Shown in pieces: positions 47,696-57,067 of a DNA stretch of 64,000 nt. Where the stretch lies: assembly GCA_963760665.1 (NCBI GenBank), contig CAVXDS010000012.1:2952-66951 (forward strand), in the 5' to 3' direction. Position numbers and translations under genes: made by a program. The notes beneath the pieces were generated by a model. The model saw only the letters and a program-made list of their open reading frames with translations. It had not been told where the DNA came from and made no database searches. Each line of letters starts with the position of its first letter. The stretch's first letter is position 1. Source of the DNA: an uncultured Actinomycetes bacterium (GTDB taxonomy: Bacteria; Actinomycetota; Thermoleophilia; Solirubrobacterales; 70-9).

Positions 47696-48958
47696 GTGAG
47701 TGATGAGCCCGGAATGATCGATGCGGCAGGCGAGTTGGACGCCGCGTTGGTGCGAGGACTCACCCAGGCCCGCGTCTCCCGGCGACAGGTGCTCAAGGGG
47801 GCGGTGGCTGCTGCCGTAGGGGCCGGAGTCGCGGGCGCGCTCTCGGCCTGCGGGGTCGGCGGAACCAGGGACACCGGCTGGTCGCCGGGCTTCGCTTGGC
47901 AGGACTGGTGGGCCCAGCAGCGCAAGGCCGGCGTCCTGGATTGGGCGAACTGGCCGCTCTACATAGACACGTCGCACGGTAAGCACCCCTCGCTGGAGCT
48001 GTTCACCCAGCAGACCGGGATCGACGTCAACTACAAGCCGGTGATCCAGGACAACCCCACCTTCTTCGCCCAGATTTCGCCCACCCTCCAGGCCAAGCAG
48101 AGCATCGGCTACGACCTGATGGTGATCACCGACGGCTGGGAGCTGACGCAGCTGATCGCCAATCGCTGGCTGATCCCGCTGGATCACTCCCGGCTGCCCA
48201 ACTTCAAGCGCTATGCGGCCTCGTCGGTGAAGAACACGGCCTACGACCCGGGAAACCGCTACACGGCGGCGTGGCAGTCCGGGCTCACCGGCATCGGCTA
48301 CGACCCGCGCCGGACCGGACGTGAGATAACCAGCATCCGCGACCTCTTCGATCCGGCCTTCAAGGGGAAGGTGGGGATGATGTCCGACGACACCGAGTTC
48401 TCCAGTGCCGGGCTCTTGGCGCTGGGAATCGACCCGGCCAAGTCCACCCCCGCCGACTGGAAGCGAGCCGCGGCGCTCCTGACCAAGCAGCGCGACAGCG
48501 GGATCGTGCGCCAGTACTACGACCAGGGCTACATCAAGGCGCTCGAGGACGGCGACACGTGGATCAGCCAGGCGTGGTCAGGCGACGTCTTCCAGGCCAA
48601 CAACGAGGGCTTCCCAGAGCTGAAGTTCGTCGTCCCCAGGGAGGGGGCGATGCTGTGGCACGACAACTGCATGATCCCGCTGCACGCCCAGCACCCGGTT
48701 GATGCCCTCGAATGGATCGACTTCTACTACCAGCCCCACGTCGAGGCGATGATCGAAGACTGGGTGAACTACATCTGTCCGGTGCCCGGGGCGAAGCCCC
48801 TGATCAAGACGAAGCTCGAGGACCCCGCCGTGGCCGACAGCCCGCTGGTCTTCCCGCCGCCCTCCCTGACGCGGCGCCTCCGCGCCTACTACGCGTACCA
48901 GGGGATCGACGACCACCAGGAGTGGACGAGCATCTTCGACCCGATCGTCCAGTCGTGA
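47696..48958 (+). CDS. polyamine (spermidine/putrescine) ABC transporter substrate-binding lipoprotein
   Basis: Tat-like SRRQVLKG plus lipobox LSACG. PotD/PotF-like body. First gene of an SBP-permease-permease-ATPase operon. Confidence 0.8.
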   Translation: MSDEPGMIDAAGELDAALVRGLTQARVSRRQVLKGAVAAAVGAGVAGALSACGVGGTRDTGWSPGFAWQDWWAQQRKAGVLDWANWPLYIDTSHGKHPSLELFTQQTGIDVNYKPVIQDNPTFFAQISPTLQAKQSIGYDLMVITDGWELTQLIANRWLIPLDHSRLPNFKRYAASSVKNTAYDPGNRYTAAWQSGLTGIGYDPRRTGREITSIRDLFDPAFKGKVGMMSDDTEFSSAGLLALGIDPAKSTPADWKRAAALLTKQRDSGIVRQYYDQGYIKALEDGDTWISQAWSGDVFQANNEGFPELKFVVPREGAMLWHDNCMIPLHAQHPVDALEWIDFYYQPHVEAMIEDWVNYICPVPGAKPLIKTKLEDPAVADSPLVFPPPSLTRRLRAYYAYQGIDDHQEWTSIFDPIVQS

Positions 48959-49824
48959 GCGCGCTCGCGGCTCGGATTCGCAGGGGATCGACGCCATACG
49001 TTCTCGGGCTCCCGGCCGCCGCCTGGCTGGTGATCTTCTTCGTCGTGCCGCTGGTCTCGATCCTGTCGCTGTCGCTGATGACCGGGAACTCGATCGAGGG
49101 CTTCACCCTCACCTGGCACTTCTCCACCTACTCGGACGCGCTGCGCCAGTACTCGACCCAGTTCGGGCGGTCCTTCCTGTACGGCGGGATCTCGACCGCG
49201 GTCGCGCTGGTGGTCACCTATCCGGTCGCCTACTGGATCGCCTTCTACGGCGGCAGGCACAAGTCGACCTTCCTGCTGCTGGCGCTGCTGCCCTTCTTCG
49301 TCTCCTTCGTGATCCGGATGCTGACCTGGCAGTTCATCCTCGCCGACCAGGGGATCGTCCTCGGAACGCTCAAGAACCTCCACCTGATGCCCGAGAGCAC
49401 GCACGTCCTCTCGACGCCGTTCGCGGTCATCGCCGGGCTCACCTACGACTCGCTGCCCTTCATGGTGCTGCCCCTGTTCGTGTCGCTCGAAAGGATCGAC
49501 CGCAGCCAGATCGAGGCCGCCGCCGACCTGTACGCCGGCGGCTTCGAGCGCTTTCGCCGCATCATCCTGCCCCTGTCCGCGCCAGGGATCTACGCCGGGG
49601 TGCTGCTGGTCGCGATCACCAACATCGGCGACTACGTCAGCGTCGCGATCCTCGGCGGGCCCAAGACAACGATGATCGGCAACATAATCCAGACCCAGTA
49701 CCTCCAGAACTCCAACTACCCGGCGGCGTCGGCCCTCGCCCTGGTGCTGATGGTGGCTCTGCTCGCCGGCATGTTCGTCTACGCCCGCGCCTTCGGCACG
49801 CGGACGATCCAGGAGTACGTGTGA
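48955..49824 (+). CDS. ABC transporter permease (PotB-like)
   Basis: GTG 48955 overlaps the upstream stop. 6 TM with an EAA-like loop (IEAAADLYAGGFERFRRIILP). Confidence 0.85.
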   Translation: MSALAARIRRGSTPYVLGLPAAAWLVIFFVVPLVSILSLSLMTGNSIEGFTLTWHFSTYSDALRQYSTQFGRSFLYGGISTAVALVVTYPVAYWIAFYGGRHKSTFLLLALLPFFVSFVIRMLTWQFILADQGIVLGTLKNLHLMPESTHVLSTPFAVIAGLTYDSLPFMVLPLFVSLERIDRSQIEAAADLYAGGFERFRRIILPLSAPGIYAGVLLVAITNIGDYVSVAILGGPKTTMIGNIIQTQYLQNSNYPAASALALVLMVALLAGMFVYARAFGTRTIQEYV

Positions 49825-50624
49825 GGTCGCGACGCCGCTGGACGCGCTTCATTCTGCCCGGCTACGTAGGGCTCGTCTTCCTCTACACGCTGGTCCCGAT
49901 CGGGGTCATGGTGCTGTATGGGTTCAACAAGGCGCCGGGCGATCGCCTCACCTTCGCCTGGCACGGGTTCACCTTCGACTGGTACAGGCACCTGTTCGAG
50001 ATCTCAGACCTGACCACTGCGCTCGTCCACTCGCTGGAGATCGCCACCCTCAGCACTCTCATCGCGACCGCGATCGGGACCCCGATGGCGCTGGCGATGA
50101 CTCGCCACCGCTTCCACGGGCGCGGGCTGACCGACCTGGTGATCCTCGCCGACGTCGCGGCGCCCTCGGTGGTCGTTGGCGCCTCCCTGCTCGGCTTCTA
50201 CGTGACCCTCAACGTCCCGCGGGGCTTCTTGACGATTCTGATCGCGCACGTGGCCTTCAACGTCGCCTTCGTCGTCGTGATCCTCAGGGCCCGCATCTCG
50301 GGCCTCAACGAATCGCTCGAGGAGGCCGCGAGGGATCTCGGCGCGAACGCCTGGACCGCCTTCTGGAGGGTCACCTTCCCGCTGATCTTCCCGGGGATCA
50401 TCGCCGCCGCCCTGCTCGGCTTCGCGCTCTCGATCGACGACTACATCATCACCAGCTTCGTGGCCGGCCAGACGCTCACCTTCCCGCTGTGGGTCTATGG
50501 GGCGGTCAAGGTCGGCATCCCGCCGCAGGTGTTCGTGATGGGAACGCTGATCTTCGCCGCGGGAGTCGTGCTGGCGGTCGCCAGCGTGATCCTCCAGCGC
50601 CGAGGTAGGGTGGCGCGCGCGTGA
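49821..50624 (+). CDS. ABC transporter permease (PotC-like)
   Basis: 267 aa with EAA loop LEEAARDLGANAWTAFWRVTFP. 4-nt overlaps on both sides. Confidence 0.87.
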   Translation: MRSRRRWTRFILPGYVGLVFLYTLVPIGVMVLYGFNKAPGDRLTFAWHGFTFDWYRHLFEISDLTTALVHSLEIATLSTLIATAIGTPMALAMTRHRFHGRGLTDLVILADVAAPSVVVGASLLGFYVTLNVPRGFLTILIAHVAFNVAFVVVILRARISGLNESLEEAARDLGANAWTAFWRVTFPLIFPGIIAAALLGFALSIDDYIITSFVAGQTLTFPLWVYGAVKVGIPPQVFVMGTLIFAAGVVLAVASVILQRRGRVARA

Positions 50625-51787
50625 GCGAGCAACCTGTTCCCGAGCAAGGGTCGGCGATCGAGCTGGTCGGGGTGAGCAAGGAGTACACCTCCCAGGGCGA
50701 GGTCGTTCCGGCCGTCAAGCGCCTCGACCTGACGATCGGCCAGAGCGAGTTCTTCTCCCTGCTCGGCCCCTCGGGCTGCGGCAAGACGACGACGCTGCGG
50801 ATGATCGCCGGGTTCGAGGACCCGACCCTCGGCGCGGTGCTGCTGTACGGCAAGGACGTGACGGCGGTGCCGCCCAACCACCGGGACGTCAACATGGTGT
50901 TCCAGAATTACGCGCTCTTCCCGCATATGAGCGTGTTCGACAACATCGCCTTCGGCCTTCGTCGCAGGAAGGTGGCCAAGGCGGAGGTCGGGCGCCGGGT
51001 GGGCGAGCTGATCGAGCTGGTCGAGCTCGAGGGGCGTGCGAAGCGGCGGCCCGACGAGCTCTCGGGTGGCCAGCAGCAGCGGGTCGCGCTGGCGCGCGCG
51101 CTGGTCAACAGGCCGCGCGCGCTGTTGCTCGACGAACCCCTTGGCGCCCTGGACCTGAAGCTCCGCCAGGCGATGCAGATCGAGCTGAAGCGAATCCAGC
51201 GCGAGGTCGGAATCACGTTCGTGTACGTCACCCACGACCAGAGCGAGGCGCTGACCATGTCCGACCGCCTGGTGGTCATGAACGACGGCGTCGTCGAGCA
51301 GCTCGGAACCGCGCGCGAGATCTACGAGCAGCCGGCGAGCCGATTCGTCGCCGGGTTCATCGGCACCTCGAACATCCTCGGCGGCCGAGTCGACCGGCTT
51401 GTGGATGGCTCGGCGGTGCTGGAATTGGGGAACGAGCAGCGCGCGGTGGTGCCGGTGCTGGAGACGGCCGGGAGCCAGGACGAGGTCGAGTTCACCGTGC
51501 GACCTGAGAAGATCGAGCTGTCGGTCGAGCGGCCCAACGCCGAATGCGCGATTCGCGGCACGGTTGCCGACGTCGCCTATCTCGGAACCTCGACCAGCTA
51601 CACGGTCGCCACTGACGTCGGGTCGGAGATCGTCGTCTTCCGCCAGAACGCCGTCTCGGCCGAGAGCCCGGCCGAGCTGGGCGACAACGTCTGGCTGTCC
51701 TGGCAGGCTCAGCACTCCTACGCGCTCGAGCGCTCAGGACAAGCCCCGGAGCTCGCGGGCGAGCCGGCGCCGGCAGCGGCGCACTAG
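50621..51787 (+). CDS. ABC transporter ATP-binding protein (PotA-like)
   Basis: GPSGCGKTT, LSGGQQQRVALARA, LLLDEPLGALD, and a C-terminal TOBE-like domain. Confidence 0.92.
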   Translation: MSEQPVPEQGSAIELVGVSKEYTSQGEVVPAVKRLDLTIGQSEFFSLLGPSGCGKTTTLRMIAGFEDPTLGAVLLYGKDVTAVPPNHRDVNMVFQNYALFPHMSVFDNIAFGLRRRKVAKAEVGRRVGELIELVELEGRAKRRPDELSGGQQQRVALARALVNRPRALLLDEPLGALDLKLRQAMQIELKRIQREVGITFVYVTHDQSEALTMSDRLVVMNDGVVEQLGTAREIYEQPASRFVAGFIGTSNILGGRVDRLVDGSAVLELGNEQRAVVPVLETAGSQDEVEFTVRPEKIELSVERPNAECAIRGTVADVAYLGTSTSYTVATDVGSEIVVFRQNAVSAESPAELGDNVWLSWQAQHSYALERSGQAPELAGEPAPAAAH

Positions 51788-52254
51788 CTGGCCCGGCGCT
51801 CCGCTTCGGCCTTCAGGTACCCCAGGCCGGCCTCGATCGCCTTGCTCAACGTTTCCTGCATGCGCCTGCGAAACACGCGCGCCACGGGCCCTTCCCACGA
51901 TTCGGCCGTCGAGACGAACGTCCCGGGGCCGTGCGCCTCCAGCCGATAGACGTGGATCGCCCTGAGTCCGAGCGCCTCGCCGGTCCAGGCGATCAGGCGC
52001 GGGCGCTCGACCCGCTGGAGCGTCGAGGTGATCGTCGCCCGCCCGGCCTTCCACCGAAAGGTGGAGCCCTCGGTCAGCCCTCCCTCCAGGGACGCCGACG
52101 TGACGTCCGGATTCCAGCTGGGCCAGTCCTCGATCGCCGCCAGCACTTCCCAGACGACCTCCGGATCCGTGGCCACCACGATCTCCGCCGAGCCGACCGC
52201 TGGTGCGCTCTCGTTGATCTTCATCGCCGCGGCAATCTCCTGGCCCTCGACCAT
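51784..52254 (-). CDS. SRPBCC (START/polyketide cyclase-like) family protein
   Basis: 156 aa. ...WEVLAAIEDWPSWNPDV... is the typical SRPBCC N-terminal pattern. Confidence 0.7.
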   Translation of the reverse strand: MVEGQEIAAAMKINESAPAVGSAEIVVATDPEVVWEVLAAIEDWPSWNPDVTSASLEGGLTEGSTFRWKAGRATITSTLQRVERPRLIAWTGEALGLRAIHVYRLEAHGPGTFVSTAESWEGPVARVFRRRMQETLSKAIEAGLGYLKAEAERRAS

Positions 52255-52292
52255 ATTGGACGGGGTATTGGGCTCAGCGGAATGATCCCGCC

Positions 52293-52847
52293 TCAGGCGG
52301 CCAACAGGTAACGGTCCTCCACGGCCTCGACGAGCTCGGCCAGGATCTGGGCGAGACGTCGGTGGAGCTCCTCGTCCGCGAGCCGATCGCCCGCGAATGC
52401 CTCTCCGGCGCCGGCCACCGGGAGCTCGACTTCGACCACACGGGCCCCGATCGCGCCCAGCACCTTGCGCACATCCGCCTGGGCCCAGACGGCGCCGAAC
52501 ATGCCGGTGCTGGCGCCGATCACCGCCACCGGCTTGTTGCGAAGCACGTTGTCCGGGAACGGGCGCGAGGCCCAGTCGAGGGCGTTCTTGAGCTGGCCGG
52601 GGATCGACGAGTTGTATTCCGGGGTCGCGATCAGGACCGCATCGGCCTCGGCGATCGCCTCCCGCAGGCGCCGCGCGCCTTCGGGAGCGAGGTCGCCGTC
52701 GTCATCCTCGTCGTAGGGGGGCACGCCCTTGAGGCCCTCGAACAGCTCCAGCTCGGCGAGTGGCGGCGCGAGCTGCGCCGCCGCCCGCAGGAGCCGGGTG
52801 TTGTGGGAGTCGCTCCGCAGGCTCCCCGAGATCGCGAGCACGCGCAT
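52293..52847 (-). CDS. NADPH-dependent FMN reductase
   Basis: MRVLAISGSLRSDSHNTRLL...TPEYNSSIPGQLKNALDW. Confidence 0.85.
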   Translation of the reverse strand: MRVLAISGSLRSDSHNTRLLRAAAQLAPPLAELELFEGLKGVPPYDEDDDGDLAPEGARRLREAIAEADAVLIATPEYNSSIPGQLKNALDWASRPFPDNVLRNKPVAVIGASTGMFGAVWAQADVRKVLGAIGARVVEVELPVAGAGEAFAGDRLADEELHRRLAQILAELVEAVEDRYLLAA

Positions 52848-52850
52848 CGG

Positions 52851-53399
52851 TCACTCCTCCCTGGCGAGCTCCAGGTGGACCGTCAGGGTGACCTCGTTCT
52901 GAACCGCGACCCCGCCGCTCGGCATTGGGGCGTTCCAGTTGAGGCCGAACTCCGTCCGGTCGACCTGCGTCTCCAGGTCGATGCCGATCCGCTCGCCGCC
53001 GGCCGGATGGGTAACCGGCCCGTCGATCTGGCCGCGGGCCTCGACCCGCTTCGTCGTGCCCTTGATCGTCAGATCTCCTTCCACGACCAGATCGCCGCCG
53101 GCGGCGCGGATTCCCGCAGACGTGAATGTGATCTCGGGGTAGCGCTCGGAGTCGAAGAACTCGGACGACAGCAGGTGGCCGCGCAGGTTTTCGTCGCGCA
53201 CCTGGACGCTGTCCGTGCGGACGGCACCGTACAGCCTCGGCTCGCCGTCCTCGTTTGCAAGCGCGATGCCGTAGTCGGTGAACGTGCCGCGGAACGTGGC
53301 CACGACCATGTGCTTGACGGCGAAGCCCACCTGTGAATGGACGGGGTCGGACTTCCAGACGCCCGTTGGGATCGCTGTCTCTGCTTGTACTGTGGTCAT
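52851..53399 (-). CDS. YceI family protein
   Basis: ATG 53399. WKSDPVHSQVGFAVKHMVVATFRGTF...LTIKGTTK. The upstream extension of ORF 52851..53762 is rejected because it runs through the AT-rich promoter region. Confidence 0.85.
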   Translation of the reverse strand: MTTVQAETAIPTGVWKSDPVHSQVGFAVKHMVVATFRGTFTDYGIALANEDGEPRLYGAVRTDSVQVRDENLRGHLLSSEFFDSERYPEITFTSAGIRAAGGDLVVEGDLTIKGTTKRVEARGQIDGPVTHPAGGERIGIDLETQVDRTEFGLNWNAPMPSGGVAVQNEVTLTVHLELAREE

Positions 53400-53460
53400 T
53401 TGGATGATCTCCTTCTCGTGAGCTAAACTTGATGAGTCAACTAAGTTATAGCAGAGAAAC
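53400..53460. promoter_or_regulatory. AT-rich divergent promoter/operator region between the yceI operon and marR
   Basis: ...gagctAAACTTGATGAGTCAACTAAGTTatagcagagAAACTTGActac... contains an imperfect inverted repeat (ACTTGA-tgag-TCAACT) and repeated AACTTGA words, in an otherwise GC-rich window. Confidence 0.45.
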
Positions 53461-53940
53461 TTGACTACACAATATTTGATCACGAAAAGATCCTCGGCGG
53501 TGGTCGCCGTAGGACGCCTGATCGGCGCCCATGCCGCCCTCACTCGTGAGCTCAGCGCCCAGCTGGTGGCCGACCACGGTTTGACGCTCAGCGAGTACGA
53601 GGTCCTGATGCTGCTGGCCAGGGCGCCCGACGGGGTAATGCGGCGCATCGATCTGGCCCACGAGGTGCGCCTCTCTCCTTCGGGCGTCACGCGGATGCTC
53701 GACCGCCTCGAGGCCGGCGGGCTTGTCGGCAAGGCTTCGTGTGACAAGGACGCTCGCGTCACCTACGCTCAGCTCACCGAGGCGGGGGTGGCGAAGCTGG
53801 AGGAGTGCGCGCCCGGCCACGTCGCCGCGGCGGAGCGGCTGCTCAGCGAGCGCTTCGACGAGCACGAGCTCACCTCGCTGGTCGAGCTGCTTGGCCGGCT
53901 GTCGGCTCCGGGCGACGACGAGTGCGGCCCCGAGGGCTGA
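53461..53940 (+). CDS. MarR family transcriptional regulator
   Basis: LTLSEYEVLMLLARAPDGVMRRIDLAHEVRLSPSGVTRMLDRLEAGGLV...DARV is a winged HTH. The start (TTG 53461) is uncertain. Confidence 0.85.
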   Translation: MTTQYLITKRSSAVVAVGRLIGAHAALTRELSAQLVADHGLTLSEYEVLMLLARAPDGVMRRIDLAHEVRLSPSGVTRMLDRLEAGGLVGKASCDKDARVTYAQLTEAGVAKLEECAPGHVAAAERLLSERFDEHELTSLVELLGRLSAPGDDECGPEG

Positions 53941-53950
53941 ACCTTCGTAC

Positions 53951-54964
53951 CTAGATGACCGGGACCTCTTGTGGCGGAAGCTCCGGCCGCTGGGCGGCAA
54001 CCAGCCCGCGCCGGGCGGGACGGCGAACCCGCACATGCTCGGCCACCAGGTAGGAGCCGATCACCGCGGCGGCGGCGAGGACCTGCGCGGCGAGGGTCTC
54101 GACGGTGGGAAAAATCGCCAGCCAGGTGCCGAGCCACCCTGGGAGGATGAAGCCGAGTTCGGTGGTGGGTATCCAGCCGGCGAGCTGCAACTCCTGAGCG
54201 CTCTCGCCGACCATGACCACGAGCACGAAGCCGATCGTTGCGCCCGTCATCACCAGCATGCGCTTGTAGGGGAGCTTGTGGTGGGCGACGAAGGTCAGCA
54301 CCCCGACCGCCGCCGTGAAGGCGAGGCCGATCCCGACCCCTTCGAGCACGGTGGCCGCTCCGTACTTGAGCCGCAGGTCCTGCAGGAACAGGACGACCTC
54401 GAATCCTTCGCGGTACACGGCCGTGAACCCCAGCAGCACGAGGCCCGCGGTCAACCCGGCGCCGGCGCCGGCCAGCAGCCGCCGGCGACGGCGGTGATGG
54501 TGAGCGATCCAGCCCGTCCAGTAGACGCGGTGAAAGAACCAGTTCATGACCAGCAGCAGCACCGCCACCGCCAGCAGACCGGTGGCCGCCTGGACGTCGA
54601 GGCCGGGACCGCCGAGCGCGCCGATGATCCACACGGCACAGAACCAGGTCACGACCGAGGCGGCAATGCCGATCCCGACGCCGAGCCCCACCGGACGGCG
54701 CTTGCCCGAGTTGGCGCCGAGAAAGCTTGCGGTGACCGCGGCGACCACCAGGATTGCCTCCAGGCCCTCGCGAAAGACCAGCAACCCGCTGTTCAGGACC
54801 ACGGCGCCGTGACTGAGGTGGTTCGGAGCCGTGGGGTCCGGAACCCCGCCCTGCGCGGTCAGCGCGCTGTAGAGAAGCAGGCCGCCCGCGATCAGGGCCA
54901 GCACCGCCCACACGGGGCGCCCGAATCCACGGGGGGTCGATACCGCGGGACTCTGAGTGCTCAC
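53951..54964 (-). CDS. FTR1/EfeU family iron permease
   Basis: Two REGxE motifs (REGLEA, REGFEV) in TM helices. 7 TM. Confidence 0.8.
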   Translation of the reverse strand: MSTQSPAVSTPRGFGRPVWAVLALIAGGLLLYSALTAQGGVPDPTAPNHLSHGAVVLNSGLLVFREGLEAILVVAAVTASFLGANSGKRRPVGLGVGIGIAASVVTWFCAVWIIGALGGPGLDVQAATGLLAVAVLLLVMNWFFHRVYWTGWIAHHHRRRRRLLAGAGAGLTAGLVLLGFTAVYREGFEVVLFLQDLRLKYGAATVLEGVGIGLAFTAAVGVLTFVAHHKLPYKRMLVMTGATIGFVLVVMVGESAQELQLAGWIPTTELGFILPGWLGTWLAIFPTVETLAAQVLAAAAVIGSYLVAEHVRVRRPARRGLVAAQRPELPPQEVPVI

Positions 54965-55109
54965 GGTTAGGTCACCCTAACACGTTTGCAGGGTCCCCTA
55001 AACCGAAGGCTCCCCAGCCACTGGGCCGAATGATCCGCCGATCGACGGTGTGATTCGGCCCAGCACAGTCTCCGGGGCGTTGAGCGCCCGGCAATGGGCG
55101 GTCGCGGGC

Positions 55110-56006
55110 CTACTCCGCCCGGAGCAGGATCCCGTTTCCCGAGGGGTCGGCGACCACCAGGCCGTCTTCGTCGCGCTTCGATTCGAACCCGGCCGCGCGC
55201 AGGCGCTGTTCAACCTGCTCGAGCTCGGCCGCGCCCGGTAGCGCCAGCTCGAACCGGCGCAGCCCCAGTGAGCCGGGCGGTGGCGCCGGCGCTCCTTCTC
55301 CGGCCCAGGTGTTGGCGCCGACCTGGTGGTGGTAGCCGCCCGTGGAGAAGAACAGCGCGCCGAGGTAGCTGCGGATGGTGACGTCGAAGCCAAGCACTCC
55401 GGCGTAGAAGTCCTCGACCGAAGTGAGCTCGGCGACGTTGAGGTGGACGTGCCCGAGCCGGGTCCCCGCGGGCATCCCGCTCGCCTCGGTGTCGGCGCCG
55501 TTGAGCTCGCCGAGAACGCTGTCGAGGTCGAGCGGCAGGGTGTCCATCTGCAGCTCGCCGTTCACGAAGCGCCATTGCTCGCGGGGGCGGTCACGGTAGA
55601 TCTCGATCCCGTTGCCTTCGGGATCGTGGAGGTAGAGGGCCTCGCTGACCAGGTGGTCCGCAGCGCCGGTGAATCTCCACCCGGCGTCGGTCACCCGCCG
55701 CAGCGCGCGGGCCAGATCCGCTCGGCTGGGCACCGAGACCGCCAGATGGAAGAGGCCGGTGGTGCCGTATGGCCGCCGCGGCGCGTCGGGCCGGCCTTCG
55801 AGCTCGACGACGGCCGTCTCATCATCGACGCCGAGGCGCGCCGCATCAGAAGCCGTATCGAGTGCGCGCAGCCCGAGCGCCTGCTCGTAAAAGCGCTGCG
55901 CCCGATCGAGATCGGCGACGGCAAGGCGAACGGCGCCGAGGCGCATCTCAGCCCGGGCGGCGCCGGCGGGGATCGGGTCCGCGGGCCGATCGCTGTGCGT
56001 GGACAT
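55110..56006 (-). CDS. two-domain VOC (glyoxalase/extradiol dioxygenase) family protein
   Basis: Two tandem glyoxalase-fold halves (LGAVRLAVADLDRAQRFYEQALGL...; LGHVHLNVAELTSVEDFYAGVLGF...). The alternative start at 56036 is possible. Confidence 0.75.
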   Translation of the reverse strand: MSTHSDRPADPIPAGAARAEMRLGAVRLAVADLDRAQRFYEQALGLRALDTASDAARLGVDDETAVVELEGRPDAPRRPYGTTGLFHLAVSVPSRADLARALRRVTDAGWRFTGAADHLVSEALYLHDPEGNGIEIYRDRPREQWRFVNGELQMDTLPLDLDSVLGELNGADTEASGMPAGTRLGHVHLNVAELTSVEDFYAGVLGFDVTIRSYLGALFFSTGGYHHQVGANTWAGEGAPAPPPGSLGLRRFELALPGAAELEQVEQRLRAAGFESKRDEDGLVVADPSGNGILLRAE

Positions 56007-56056
56007 CGCTTCAGGATCGCATAGCCGGCCCAGCATCCCGCGCCCCGCGGGTCAGG

Positions 56057-56888
56057 TCAGGCGCCGAGGATGGCGCTCGCGAGGCTCGCCTTGAACGGCT
56101 GAGTTCCCCGCGCCAGCTGGACGCCAGAGAACGAGCTGTTCGCGTGCATGTAGGCGATCTCCTTGGCCAGATCGCCGACTCCATTCGATCCCGCTGCGGG
56201 CGCCGCCTGCAGCGTGCTGAGAACTCCGATCGCCTGGCCGGAGGCATTCAGGAAGCCGCTGCCCGAGTCGCCCGGAACCCCCGGCGTCACCGTGTAGACG
56301 GTATGGCTCCAGCCAGCGCCCGTGTTCTGGACCACGACGCCCCGCTTGGGGCTGAGCTTGCGTGACGCCTCCGCGCAGCTCGGAGTTGCCGTACGAGTAC
56401 ACGGTTGACCCGGTGTGTCCGGCAGCGCCGACGCCCGTCGGGCCGCCGAAGCCGGGCACCGATGGATTGACCCTGCCGACATCGGCCGGATTGAGCTTGA
56501 TCAGGGCCAGGTCGTTGTACGCGCACGTGTTCGCGTCGGCCTCTCCTCTGCCCTGCATGGTGAGCCAGGAGTTGTAGACCAGCGTGCCCGGCTTGCTGGC
56601 TCCGGTCACGTCCACCCGGGTGCCGATCGGCAACGACCCGGTGTCACAGCCGTCGGTGCTGGTTTGCCCACCCGTGCTGGAGCAGTGGGCGGCCTGGCCG
56701 AGGTAGACGTTCGATCCGCGGGTGAAGACGAAGTTCGAGGTGCACTGCGCCCCGTCCGTGAACACCATCACGCCGGGATGCACGGTCGCCCGGCTGGCCG
56801 GCGCCCATGCCGAGGCGACCGCGGGCGAAAACGCCGCTGATCCCAGGGCGACCGCCGAAAGACAGGCCGCGAGCAAGTGTCGTTTCAT
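56057..56888 (-). CDS. secreted trypsin-like (S1) serine protease, with an apparent frame disruption near 56360
   Basis: Signal peptide MKRHLLAACLSAVALGSAAFSPAVASA. His (QAAHC) and Asp (NDLALIKL) lie in the frame of ORF 56052..57605. Ser (GDSGSGF) and the C-terminus lie in the frame of ORF 56057..56482. The junction is ...GNSELRGGVT|KLSPKRGVVVQNTG.... Confidence 0.75.
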
Positions 56889-57067
56889 CGACAACCTTCC
56901 GTATCCATGCGTCCCTGCGAGTTCACGCGGGTAAGCGAGTGAGCCTCCTGCCGCAATGCTTCGAGGGTACCCGCGTCGGAGCGCCGTATGCGCCGGTTGG
57001 TCGCGATGACCAAAGCGCAAGCCGGACGGCACGGCTTCGCCGCTCGAGAATCCCGCCGCGTCTCCGT

